Origin: a virus
Virus record (IMG/VR): IMGVR_UViG_3300017989_000082
Span: 32,333 to 96,332 of that record
Strand: one strand, 5' to 3'
DNA length: 64,000 nucleotides
Both the position numbers and the translations under genes were made by a program. Shown piece by piece: positions 9,135 to 18,600 of this stretch. Every line of letters starts with the position of its first letter. Within the stretch, counting starts at the first letter, position 1. The notes beneath the pieces were generated by a model. It ran no database searches, was not told the origin of the DNA, and saw nothing but the letters and a program-made list of their open reading frames with translations.

Positions 9135-10061
9135 ATGTATAACCGACAAATGGGTTATATTCATGATGACAAGGTCCTCACAGCCTTGAGCATCAAATAT
9201 GAGAATGCCGAGTACACCGGCAATATGTGGCTCCCGGAAATGGGTGTCGCAAAGGAAACCGGTAAGTACAAGATCTACAACCGGGATGGCTGGTTCAAGG
9301 GTGCGCCCAAAAAGGCCGACGGTGCGATCACCGAAGAGGCCACGCTCAGCTACGATGAGGCGACTTACTCTTGCTACGAACGGGCCATCAAGGATATTGT
9401 CACCGATCGGGCCATGCAGCATGCCGACGCCCCCATCAAGCCGAAGGCCGATACCGTGGAGTTTCTGACTGAAAAGGTCATGCTCTCACAGGAGCTGGAT
9501 CAGTGGCTCCTTATTGTCGGCACGCAGGGCTTGAATCAGGCTACCTACAAGACGGACCTGACTGCTGCCACCGCGTGGGATGGCGGGACCGCCCCTGATA
9601 TTCTCGGCGACCTCTCCACTGCCATCAAGACCATTGCCAAGCGTATTGGCAAGCGCCCCAACCAGATTTCCTTTACCACCGATATTGCCGAGGCCGTTGC
9701 CCAGGATGACAAGATCATGGAAATCCTGAAGCATCACAGCACCGACATGATCACCGGTATGGGGCTGCCCGGCAGCCTGCGCTCCATGAAAATCATCATC
9801 ACGGACGCGCTGGCCAATGAGGCTGACGAGGGCCTGACCGCCAGTTATGAGTACATCCTGAGCGACAACATTGTGTGTGCCTATGTCAATACCGGGCACC
9901 AGTTGACGCTTGGCAGAACCTTTGTTTCCAAGAAATTCAAGGTTGCACGCTGGCGGGATGAAGACCGGGAAGGTGAGTTCATTAAGCTGAACAAGGTTTA
10001 CGCGCCCAAAATCACCACGCTGGCCGCGGGCTACCTGTTCACGAATGGCACCAATCCCTAA
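9135..10061 (+). CDS. major capsid protein
   Basis: 308 aa with DKVLTALSIKYEN...PEMGVAKETGKY (gpE-like family). AAGGAGGT RBS; expected position. Confidence 0.88.
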   Translation: MYNRQMGYIHDDKVLTALSIKYENAEYTGNMWLPEMGVAKETGKYKIYNRDGWFKGAPKKADGAITEEATLSYDEATYSCYERAIKDIVTDRAMQHADAPIKPKADTVEFLTEKVMLSQELDQWLLIVGTQGLNQATYKTDLTAATAWDGGTAPDILGDLSTAIKTIAKRIGKRPNQISFTTDIAEAVAQDDKIMEILKHHSTDMITGMGLPGSLRSMKIIITDALANEADEGLTASYEYILSDNIVCAYVNTGHQLTLGRTFVSKKFKVARWRDEDREGEFIKLNKVYAPKITTLAAGYLFTNGTNP

Positions 10062-10090
10062 CCGGGGCGGGTGTTAACACTCAACACTCT

Positions 10091-10130
10091 GTCATAGGGG
10101 CAGTGGCGTAGGGCTGCTGCCCCGTATGGC
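10091..10130 (+). terminator. hairpin downstream of the capsid gene
   Basis: GGGGCAGTGGC pairs with GCTGCTGCCCC; no clear U-tract. Confidence 0.5.
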
Positions 10131-10163
10131 GCAACGGTGTAATGCGATAAGGAGAAGCGACTC

Positions 10164-10355
10164 ATGAGTGAAAAAACACGTTATTTGTGGGGAACCACAA
10201 AGACCAACAAGATTCATGTCACCAATTACATTGATCTTGTTGCACAGTCTTCTGCCCCTGATGCCTACCCCGGTAGACTCTACCGGGATGCAGACGGTAA
10301 ATTACAACTGTGCGAGGATGGCACCAACTACGTTGAGGTCACAACCTCTTCATAA
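10164..10355 (+). CDS. small hypothetical virion protein
   Basis: AAGGAG RBS, 63 aa. Confidence 0.6.
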   Translation: MSEKTRYLWGTTKTNKIHVTNYIDLVAQSSAPDAYPGRLYRDADGKLQLCEDGTNYVEVTTSS

Positions 10356-10388
10356 CAACAGAAGGTTTCACTTTAGAAGGAGCTTGGT

Positions 10389-10697
10389 ATGAGGGTTATC
10401 GTAATGTTGGAGGCTGGAAAGTTTCACGATGGCAGTGGGTATATTTACCCTGAACAGGGTGAGGAGATTGATTTGCCCGACGAAATGGCCGAAAGTGAAA
10501 TCGCAGCGGGTAATGTTGTTTTGCCCGGCGAGTTGGAATCTGCTCTTCCCGGCAGAAAAAAGAAGGCCGCTGCTCCAGAACCTGACGATGATCCGGATGA
10601 AGATGAAGATGAAGGCGATGATCCGGAAGAAGATGACGAGCCAGAGTCCGAGCCGCCTAAGAAAAAGAAGAAAAAGAAGAAAAAAAAGGCGGCATAG
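10389..10697 (+). CDS. small post-capsid protein with an acidic tract and poly-Lys tail
   Basis: GEEIDLPDEMAESEIAAG domain, then a D/E run, then K10-AA. AAGGAG RBS. Confidence 0.7.
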   Translation: MRVIVMLEAGKFHDGSGYIYPEQGEEIDLPDEMAESEIAAGNVVLPGELESALPGRKKKAAAPEPDDDPDEDEDEGDDPEEDDEPESEPPKKKKKKKKKKAA

Positions 10698-10722
10698 GGC
10701 AACCTTGTGGGGGATAGTATAA

Positions 10723-11481
10723 ATGGCTAGGCCGTACTGTGAACTTGTTGATGTTAAACGCCTACTGAGGACAGCCGCCAAGAAGGTTAAGACTTCTGAG
10801 GCTTATCGGGATCTTGGCTACGACACGAACAATAGTGGCACAGTGCGGCTTACTGCCGTGTCTTTCCTTGACAGTTATGTTGGGGTTGAGCGCTTTGAGA
10901 TTATTTTTCAGGCTGATTCAACCAATTTCGAGGTAACTGGCGAAGACATTGGATACCTTGGGAGTGGCAATATAGGCTCGGAGTTTTCGTGTCAATATTT
11001 CACCATTTCTCCTTTGCAGTGGGAGGGCACTCCTGAAGAGGGCGATATTGTTTATTTTGTCAGTAACTCCAACATTAGCGTCGATGATGCTAATGAATTC
11101 ATTCTTGATCAAAGCATTTATATCAACAACTATATCGGAAAGACTTTTGGCGACACCACCAATCTCGAGTGGGAAGAAGATCTAGGCGCAGAGCAGCCGG
11201 AGATTCTTAAATATGCTTGCACATACCGGTCGGCATTTTACATATTTATTTCTGTTTATGCCGGTGCTGAGCTTGATGGAAGCCCCGTTACGCAGTGGCG
11301 CTCAACGGCTGAATCTGCTATTAAGCTTTACATAGCCAACAGAGATAACGAGGGCATACAGAGTGTTCCTCGCTGGAAAAGTCGCCAGATTCTTGCGAAC
11401 ACGCTGGGGGTTGATGGAAGCCCGTATGACAAAGAGTACTTGACCGACCTCGTTGAGGAAGACAGGACCTATAACCGATGA
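10723..11481 (+). CDS. head-tail adaptor with an inserted beta domain
   Basis: N-terminal YCELVDVK and PEILKYAC are typical of Mu gp36/HK97 gp6-like adaptors; position fits. Confidence 0.7.
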   Translation: MARPYCELVDVKRLLRTAAKKVKTSEAYRDLGYDTNNSGTVRLTAVSFLDSYVGVERFEIIFQADSTNFEVTGEDIGYLGSGNIGSEFSCQYFTISPLQWEGTPEEGDIVYFVSNSNISVDDANEFILDQSIYINNYIGKTFGDTTNLEWEEDLGAEQPEILKYACTYRSAFYIFISVYAGAELDGSPVTQWRSTAESAIKLYIANRDNEGIQSVPRWKSRQILANTLGVDGSPYDKEYLTDLVEEDRTYNR

Positions 11482-11948
11482 TAGGCTTTAAAACTCGCTT
11501 CAACAAAGCTGCCGCGATTAATCGCATCAAGAAGCTCCAAAATAACGAGCTTATGTTTACTCGGCCGCTAACGAAGGTTCAGGGGCGAATGAAGGAGCTT
11601 ATGAATGAACGGTTTGATTCCTTCGAGGTATATAGGCCTCTTCTTAGCGATAACTATCGGCGCCGTAAAGATCTGGAAGGCAAACAGGTTGGCGAGAAAA
11701 GTGGGGCGCTGAAAGCAAATATCAGAAAAGGTGGACTCAATAAATCAATTATTATTGGTCCGAGAATCTCCAAGGCCGAATGGGAGATTAATCCCAATAT
11801 CAATAAGAGTAGCCCGCTATATTTCCATCTCTGGTTAGCTAGAAAGGCAGGCCACGATCTTGTTGATATGACCCCCTACGATATAGAAGAGCTTGTTTCA
11901 ACATTTATAGTTGAAATGGGACTTCAAATTGCAAGGGTTTCAAAATAA
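11478..11948 (+). CDS. neck / virion morphogenesis protein
   Basis: Basic protein with PLLSDNYRRRK...SGALK; position fits. Confidence 0.55.
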   Translation: MIGFKTRFNKAAAINRIKKLQNNELMFTRPLTKVQGRMKELMNERFDSFEVYRPLLSDNYRRRKDLEGKQVGEKSGALKANIRKGGLNKSIIIGPRISKAEWEINPNINKSSPLYFHLWLARKAGHDLVDMTPYDIEELVSTFIVEMGLQIARVSK

Positions 11949-12433
11949 TGGCAAGAGATATTGACCTCGGCGGACTTGATAATGTTTTTGATAACGCCGC
12001 CAGAAATATTAAAGAGGTTTTTCAGCAATACGGGAAAGACGAGGCAGGTGTTCGTTTTTCCAGGATATACACTGAGGACGAACCAAACCCTCGCTCGCAC
12101 TCATTGGCTATTGTACTTGATAACCACGAGCATCAGCTTCGTTCTTGGATTGGAAGACAGAAAAGAAATTTCACAATAGTTATGAATTTTAACATTATTT
12201 ACTATCACGAGCAGCCGGAGAATGATGCAAGAAAAAAAGAGGTTCAAAAGATCATTTGGGGAATATGCCAAATTCTTCTAAAGCATAATACCCTTAATGG
12301 CTTTTGTGATAGATTGGGTAGTACGGTTACGGGGTCTGAATATGTTCGTCGGCAAATTAACAATAATATAATGTCGGCGGGATTGGTACGAGTAACACTG
12401 AGAAAGCTTCATACTGTAACTGATATTGATTAG
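11948..12433 (+). CDS. tail terminator/completion protein
   Basis: 161 aa immediately before the tube gene; HNTLNG motif. Confidence 0.6.
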   Translation: MARDIDLGGLDNVFDNAARNIKEVFQQYGKDEAGVRFSRIYTEDEPNPRSHSLAIVLDNHEHQLRSWIGRQKRNFTIVMNFNIIYYHEQPENDARKKEVQKIIWGICQILLKHNTLNGFCDRLGSTVTGSEYVRRQINNNIMSAGLVRVTLRKLHTVTDID

Positions 12434-12448
12434 AAGGAGGTGCCATAA

Positions 12449-14446
12449 ATGAGCGTAACAGCCGTTGGACCTGCCGTTGGTGCGAGGGGCCAAGTTGGTA
12501 TCTCTCAGGAAGGTGCATGGGGAAAAAAGCAACCTGCCCCAACTGCCTTTATTGAGATGACCGGCGAGGGGGTTGTCAGCGAGCTTGGCTCCCTGATTTC
12601 CAATTCGCTTCGTGCTGATCGGGCGATCCACAAAAGTATCCGCGGCATTGAATCCGCTGGCGGAGACATCAATGTTGAAGTCACGGCCGAGGGGCTTGGC
12701 ACCATGTTCAAGCATGCTCTTGGTCAAGTTGAAACCACACGGCTTGATTCCGCTTTTGTTCTGAAAGTAACCGATGGCAGCGTCACGAGTGCTGTCCTCA
12801 CCATTACCACAGACGCAAGCGGATACGCCACAAACTTTGCCGTTGCCCTTACGGGTGGAACAGGGTCAGGAATTGACCAAGCCATTTCCGATACCACCGC
12901 CGATACCATTGCAGAGCTTATGGCTGCAATCAACGCAGGCGGCACAGGGTTGGCGGCATACAGTCCCACCAGTTATGCCGGTGGTGGCACAGGGGAAACC
13001 CTACTGGCCGCGGATTATGCCGATGGAACCGATGCGAGTAACCTGCTTGAAGGTGTTACGGACATCGAGCTTATCGGTGGCCCCGGCGCAACCAAGGATT
13101 TCCTTGTATGCTTTGGCTGGGGAGTGTATCAGCATGTGATTGATGCTGCGCCCACTCTGCCTGCCGGGCTGACACTTGAAATCGGAAGAGACATTGCCGC
13201 GTTTACCTATGCCGGTGCCAAGGTTGACACCATGAACATCACTGCTGAAACCGGTGAGATTCTCACCGGCACTTTCGGCATGATGGCTAAGGGAGCAACC
13301 ACAGCCAGCCGAGCCGTTGCCGCAAGTGGCAACACGGGCAATGCCAAAAATGCGCTTCGGCTGATTTATGCAGGAGAAGAAGCTGCCTGCACTGTTGAGA
13401 TTGACAAGGCCAATCACCAGTTCATTATTGACAGCGATGATGATGACGAGGATATCATCCTTGATATCAGCATTCCCTATGTTGATCCTGCAACGGGCAT
13501 GGTCTACAATGTCGATACCATTGGTGGTCTTGTCAGCTATCTTAACAGCCTGAGCTACATCACGGCCTTTATTGCCAACTACACGGACCTTGATGCTGAT
13601 TCCAGCTATCTGCTGGATGTTGGTCCCGTCAGCATTATCGCGGAAACGTGGTTGAATTTTGACACCACCGATGTTGCCAGCCAGCCTGTAACATGGGGCG
13701 ATTATATCGGTGAGGATTCCGGCACCAGTGTTGAAATCCTGTGTGATATTGTTGGCGCAGGGGCTCCTGGCGTGGCAACCATCCGGTTCAGTGGTGATGG
13801 CGGCAGTACATGGGGTGATACCTTCACCACCAGCGCCACCGTACCTACCGAGGCTCGCATCGCAAGCAATGTGAACACTGGCTTCACCGTTTTCTTCCCG
13901 GATAACACGGCACTTCAGAGTGGCGACCAGTGGACCATTGAAACCTTCAAGCTTGCTGATTCCGCAACGTACAGCGAGCTTGATCCATTTGCCGGGTTTG
14001 ACGGTGCATTGACCATTGATGGCAGTGCCCAACCGGTCATGGCATGGAATTGCACACTGAACAACAACATCTATGCCGACAAGTATGATCTCGGTTCACG
14101 GCAGCGGGCAGCATTGCCCGAGCAGCGCCGCACGACCGAGGGCACCATGACGGTTGAGTTTGACAACCTTGATCTTTATCGCCGGTTTGTCAACAACACC
14201 GAGGGGAACCTGATCATTGTGTTCACGCATGATGATTACATCGCCAATCAGGATTACTCGGCGCTTGGTAATTCCAAGACAAATTATTCCCTTACCGTCA
14301 GGCAGCCGAAGATTCGCTATGATGGCACCACGCCGGTTATTGAGGATGAAGGCATCATTGAGGTTGAGATGCCCTACACCAGCCTCCATGCCGACAGCGT
14401 GCCTGATCTGCGGATCACGCTGGTTAACAACACTCCCTGTATTTAG
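12449..14446 (+). CDS. major tail tube protein with large insertions
   Basis: Tube core motifs VGISQEGAWG, AGGDINVE, LTLEIGR...YAGAKVDTMNI and RRTTEGTMTVEF. 665 aa. Confidence 0.85.
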   Translation: MSVTAVGPAVGARGQVGISQEGAWGKKQPAPTAFIEMTGEGVVSELGSLISNSLRADRAIHKSIRGIESAGGDINVEVTAEGLGTMFKHALGQVETTRLDSAFVLKVTDGSVTSAVLTITTDASGYATNFAVALTGGTGSGIDQAISDTTADTIAELMAAINAGGTGLAAYSPTSYAGGGTGETLLAADYADGTDASNLLEGVTDIELIGGPGATKDFLVCFGWGVYQHVIDAAPTLPAGLTLEIGRDIAAFTYAGAKVDTMNITAETGEILTGTFGMMAKGATTASRAVAASGNTGNAKNALRLIYAGEEAACTVEIDKANHQFIIDSDDDDEDIILDISIPYVDPATGMVYNVDTIGGLVSYLNSLSYITAFIANYTDLDADSSYLLDVGPVSIIAETWLNFDTTDVASQPVTWGDYIGEDSGTSVEILCDIVGAGAPGVATIRFSGDGGSTWGDTFTTSATVPTEARIASNVNTGFTVFFPDNTALQSGDQWTIETFKLADSATYSELDPFAGFDGALTIDGSAQPVMAWNCTLNNNIYADKYDLGSRQRAALPEQRRTTEGTMTVEFDNLDLYRRFVNNTEGNLIIVFTHDDYIANQDYSALGNSKTNYSLTVRQPKIRYDGTTPVIEDEGIIEVEMPYTSLHADSVPDLRITLVNNTPCI

Positions 14447-14466
14447 CCGCGTGCAGGGGTTCACTA

Positions 14467-14508
14467 TGGCAGGGGCGGCTTCATCCACCGCCCCTGCCAC
14501 TCTCCTTT
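14467..14508 (+). terminator. hairpin terminator after the tube gene
   Basis: Perfect 12-bp stem TGGCAGGGGCGG / CCGCCCCTGCCA followed by a pyrimidine tract. Confidence 0.7.
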
Positions 14509-14740
14509 AAGGGGGTGAGCGTGCTTGGAGTATTATGTAGTATGGTTAATTTTTTTGCCATTTATGCTATTAACCAGATCACTCTTGCGCTTAATGCGGC
14601 TATGCCATTTTTATGCATTTGTTTACAATGGTACGTTCCGAGCCGAGGCAATGCAAATTGCCAAATGGCTCTGGAAGGTTTTTGAATACATATATGGAAA
14701 AGAAGAACTGAACGAACTGGTAGAACAAAGGAGACAAGAA

Positions 14741-15151
14741 ATGGCAGCTATTCACGGTGTACGGGCGGATGAGGCGATTCCTTACATTTCCCAAACCCAA
14801 AAAGATGACCCTGAGGACGAGCTTGTTACATGGCAGGTGAAGTTTTTGACCGTCAGAGAATATGCCGACATTCAGGATGAGCTCTTTAAGTCGAGCGGCA
14901 TGGGCAAGAAGCGGGAAGAAAAATTTCTGCTTGGTAAACAGGCCATGTTGGCGCTCCGAAAAGGGCTTGTTGGGTGGAAAAATTTCAACTATTCCGATAA
15001 AACCCCTGTCGAGTGGGAAGACCCCAATAGGGGAAGGGATGCCGCCGACCGTGACAGAATCATGGATTCAAATCTGAACAAAATTCCCCCGGAGATCCGT
15101 AACGAATTGGCGGATTACATCCGAGGGGAGTCGCGGTTGGGGGAAGATTAA
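14741..15151 (+). CDS. tail assembly chaperone (G-like)
   Basis: AAGGAG before ATG 14741; GLVGWKNF motif; lies between the tube and tape measure genes. Confidence 0.85.
   Translation: MAAIHGVRADEAIPYISQTQKDDPEDELVTWQVKFLTVREYADIQDELFKSSGMGKKREEKFLLGKQAMLALRKGLVGWKNFNYSDKTPVEWEDPNRGRDAADRDRIMDSNLNKIPPEIRNELADYIRGESRLGED
15139..15145 (+). promoter_or_regulatory. programmed -1 ribosomal frameshift site G GGG GAA
   Basis: The heptamer ends one codon before the chaperone stop codon, and the -1 frame is open through to 15669. Confidence 0.8.
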
Positions 15152-15669
15152 CCCAAGCCTTGCGGCTTGCGATCCGCTGGGCAGTTTATTTAGAGGTTAA
15201 CAAGGGGAAGTCTGACTCTTACAATTGCGTGTATTGTGAGTCTAAGGGATTACAGAAGCAAAGAAATTGCGACGGAGATTTAACAGGGTATTGCAAACGG
15301 GGAGGTCATGGCTATTTTGAGTTTGAAGACCTCATTATCAATGATAAAGGGCAGGCCGTTTGTCCGGCTTGCGAAAAACCCGTTGAAATGCCCTTTAAGC
15401 TCCAACTTGGTAAGACTTTTTGGATATGGCGGTGCCCGGTATTGGAGATTGACCATTCGGCCATTCACCTAATACAAATGGTTAACTGGTCAGAGGCCAT
15501 GCACCAAACACCCTCTGGCCTGCCGCTATACGATGAAAGTAATTTGTTTTTTGAAATTCGCAATTTCGTTTTAAACGAGCAAAGAACTGCTCGTGAGGAA
15601 ATGGAAAAGAAACAACCAAGCGATGCACGCAAAAGTAAACAGGGTTCCCGCCCCCGAAAGAGGCGTTAA
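15139..15669 (+). CDS. frameshift extension of the tail chaperone (T-like), Cys-rich
   Basis: -1 frame ORF whose first start is a TTG with no RBS. Contains CVYC, CPAC and RCP. Confidence 0.75.
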   Translation, partial: GGRLTQALRLAIRWAVYLEVNKGKSDSYNCVYCESKGLQKQRNCDGDLTGYCKRGGHGYFEFEDLIINDKGQAVCPACEKPVEMPFKLQLGKTFWIWRCPVLEIDHSAIHLIQMVNWSEAMHQTPSGLPLYDESNLFFEIRNFVLNEQRTAREEMEKKQPSDARKSKQGSRPRKRR

Positions 15670-15697
15670 CCCTGTTTTCTTTTTTGGAGCTTGATAA

Positions 15698-18600
15698 ATG
15701 AAAGACTTTAAGCTTTCTTTTAAAATTGTCAATGAGGCAAGCGCTACCCTCAATCAGGTAATCAAAGACATTGATGCGGTAAAGAGTGCCTCTTCCGAAT
15801 TAAACAGGGTCAAGCTTGGTGAGGTTAAACAGCAGTTTAGTCATCTGCACAAGCAGATGCTGAAAGTTCTTGGTGTATATAAGTCTATACGTAAGTCTTA
15901 TATAAAGCTAGATAATTTTAAATTTGCTAAACTGTCGGGGGAAATTGGAAAAATTAACACGGCCCTCAAAACAATTCCAGAACAAGTGAAAGAAGTGAAT
16001 AATGCTATCGCCACTATCGGTGCGGGCATGGCAGGGTCGCAGTTGCAGCTATCTTTGTCGTCTATGATTGCCAGCCTTAAGGGGGCAATTGGCGAGATTG
16101 AAAGGGCCATAGTTCGCCTCGAACGAGCTTTTAGCGCAGCCATGAAAGCCATTGGTGCTTTAGGGTCGGCCACAAAAAAACAAGGAGCCAGTGCAAAACA
16201 AACGGCAGATGAATACACTAAAATGTCTAATGCTCTTGGTTTAACTGTTGGGCAAGTTAAATCAGGAGAAGCCGCTTTTAAGGGCCTCCAGTCTACATTC
16301 CGCGGACTGGCGAATGGCCTTAAAACTACCACCACTGCACACATCAATATGACTGCCGCTACCACGACGGGCGCAAGAAAATCCCATGCTGCTCTTGCAA
16401 AAATATCTAAAGGAATAAAGGGAACTGCCGCTGCAAGTAAGGGTTTTGTTTCCACTGGCAATGTTATGCTGGATACTCTTCGTGGCATTGGCAGGGGAGC
16501 TCTCCAAGTAAATAGGGTCTATTCCCAAACCGCCTCCTCAGTACAGGGGTTTAGTGCAATAGCTTCTAGTACAAATTCAAGTTTGAAGGGGCTTGCCAGC
16601 ACCCTTCTTTCTGCCGCTAAGGGTACATCGGGGCTAACGGAAGAAACCAAAAAGGGAACCGGTGCCGCAAATGAAAACAAAAAAGCGGCTCAAGCTATGG
16701 CGGGGGCCAACCAGCAGGTTGCGGACTCTGCAAATAAAACCCAAAAGGCTGTAGGCAGGCTTTCAAGAATGTCTGTTGCCGGGTTTAAGGAAATGCTTGT
16801 TGGCCAAGCAATGTGGATGATTGGGTTTACCTTGTTGTTGGCCCCAATAGCTCTTTTTACAAGTGCATTAAGGGATGCTGTTGCTGTTCAGGATGAATTT
16901 GCAAGAACAGTTCGCGTTCTTCGCCCTGCGTCGGGTGATATGGAAGACATGGCAAAGGTTACGGCTGAAGCCTTTTCTGCCATGAACGATGAGATGGTTA
17001 GAACAGGAAAGGGCGCTCAAGACGTATCAGAGGTTCTTTATCAGTTAGGTTCTGCTGGCCTTACAGCGGAAGAGGCAGTTGCCGCCCTTCGCTCAACAAT
17101 GGATGTTATTGTCGGTACAGAAGCCGACGTTACGGCAATTACCAAAACTATTGCTGGAATTTATAATAACCTCGGAAACCAAATGTATGAGGCGGCTGAT
17201 GGCTCCATTCAGTTTGTCAATGCCCTAGATGCACAAGCGCAAGGATTAAAGAGAAATACAGATCTATCAAAGGGCTTTGCCGCTATTAATGACGTTTTGG
17301 TTGCCGCCTTCCGTGACCACCAGATAGAAATGTCAGAGTTAAATGATGGTCTTCGCTATAGTATAGCCACAGCCAGTATTGCCGGTGTAACATATACAGA
17401 GTTGGTAGGCGTTCTTGCTACCCTCAACGACCACATGGTTAAAGCGGGTGTTGCAGGCCGTTCGTTTCAGTCTATGTTATCGAGAATAGTTAAAAGCCCG
17501 GTAGATTTTGCTAAAGCGTTTCATATTGAACTTCCAGCAGATCAGCCCCTTAATGTTTTAAATCTTTTTGAACAACTACATGAGCAATTAAACCGTGGTG
17601 TTTGGACAGTTGAACAGCTTGGTGAAGCTTTTAAGCGCACTGGTCTTCGTGGTGCCAAAACATTTATTACCCTTATTCAGCATTTTAATGATGTGCAAAA
17701 AAATATACAAGATTTGACACATGATGTTACTGGGGCTGCCGAGACAATGGCAGATATTATGCTGGATCGCCCGGCCGCGGCCCTTGACAGGTTATATCAG
17801 GCGCTTGTTCAAATTATTAGAATTTCTCTTGATCCAATAATTAAAACATTTTTTGGCCTGATTAAAGTTGTAAATCTGGCATTTCGTTCTGTTTACGATC
17901 TGTATAGTTCTCTACCTATTCTGGTCCAGCGGTTTGTTGATCTTGGTATAGGGACCATAACCCTTGGTGCTTTAATTCTTGGCTTTGGAAAGCTTAAAAA
18001 GAGCATAGATATTGCCAAAAGAGTTGCGGCACTTTATCGTCTATCTATGATAAAGCTTAATACGGCCATTAAAAGTGGTACTGTTTTAAATACGGCATAT
18101 AATTTCTCTTTAAGGGCAATGAGAACAGCCTACCATCAGGTTACTAAAGCAGCCGCAGGGTTTGCGACTACAATGCTACTGATTGCAAGAAATATAAAGG
18201 CAACGGCCCTAATCCCCGTGGCATATTTTCACGAATTAGCGGTGGCGATCAGTGCGGCTGGGATTCAAATGGGGACTATGACCGGGCTGTTTGCGTTTTC
18301 AAATACCGCCATGATAGCTTTTGGCGCTACTGTTGCCACGGTAACACAGTTAGTATTGGCTTTTGTTGCTGGGACTACGATTGCAGTTTTAGCTTTTGCC
18401 GCAATGGTGTTTGGCCTGTCAAGGCTTGATGGGGCCATGAGGAAATCTGACCGAAATATAATTAAGTTTAATGAATCCTTCCAAAAGGTAGGAGACGCCA
18501 GCAAAGAATTAAAAACAAAAATACAAGATGAAGCCATTGAAGCGCAAGGCAGAATAGTTCGCAGTGTTGGGCTAGATCTTGATTTCTACTCCCGCCGGGT

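Noticed and set aside
12449-14446. Contractile tail sheath, based on its size
   Set aside because: Core motifs are tube-like, no separate small tube gene follows, and no baseplate wedge genes were recognised.
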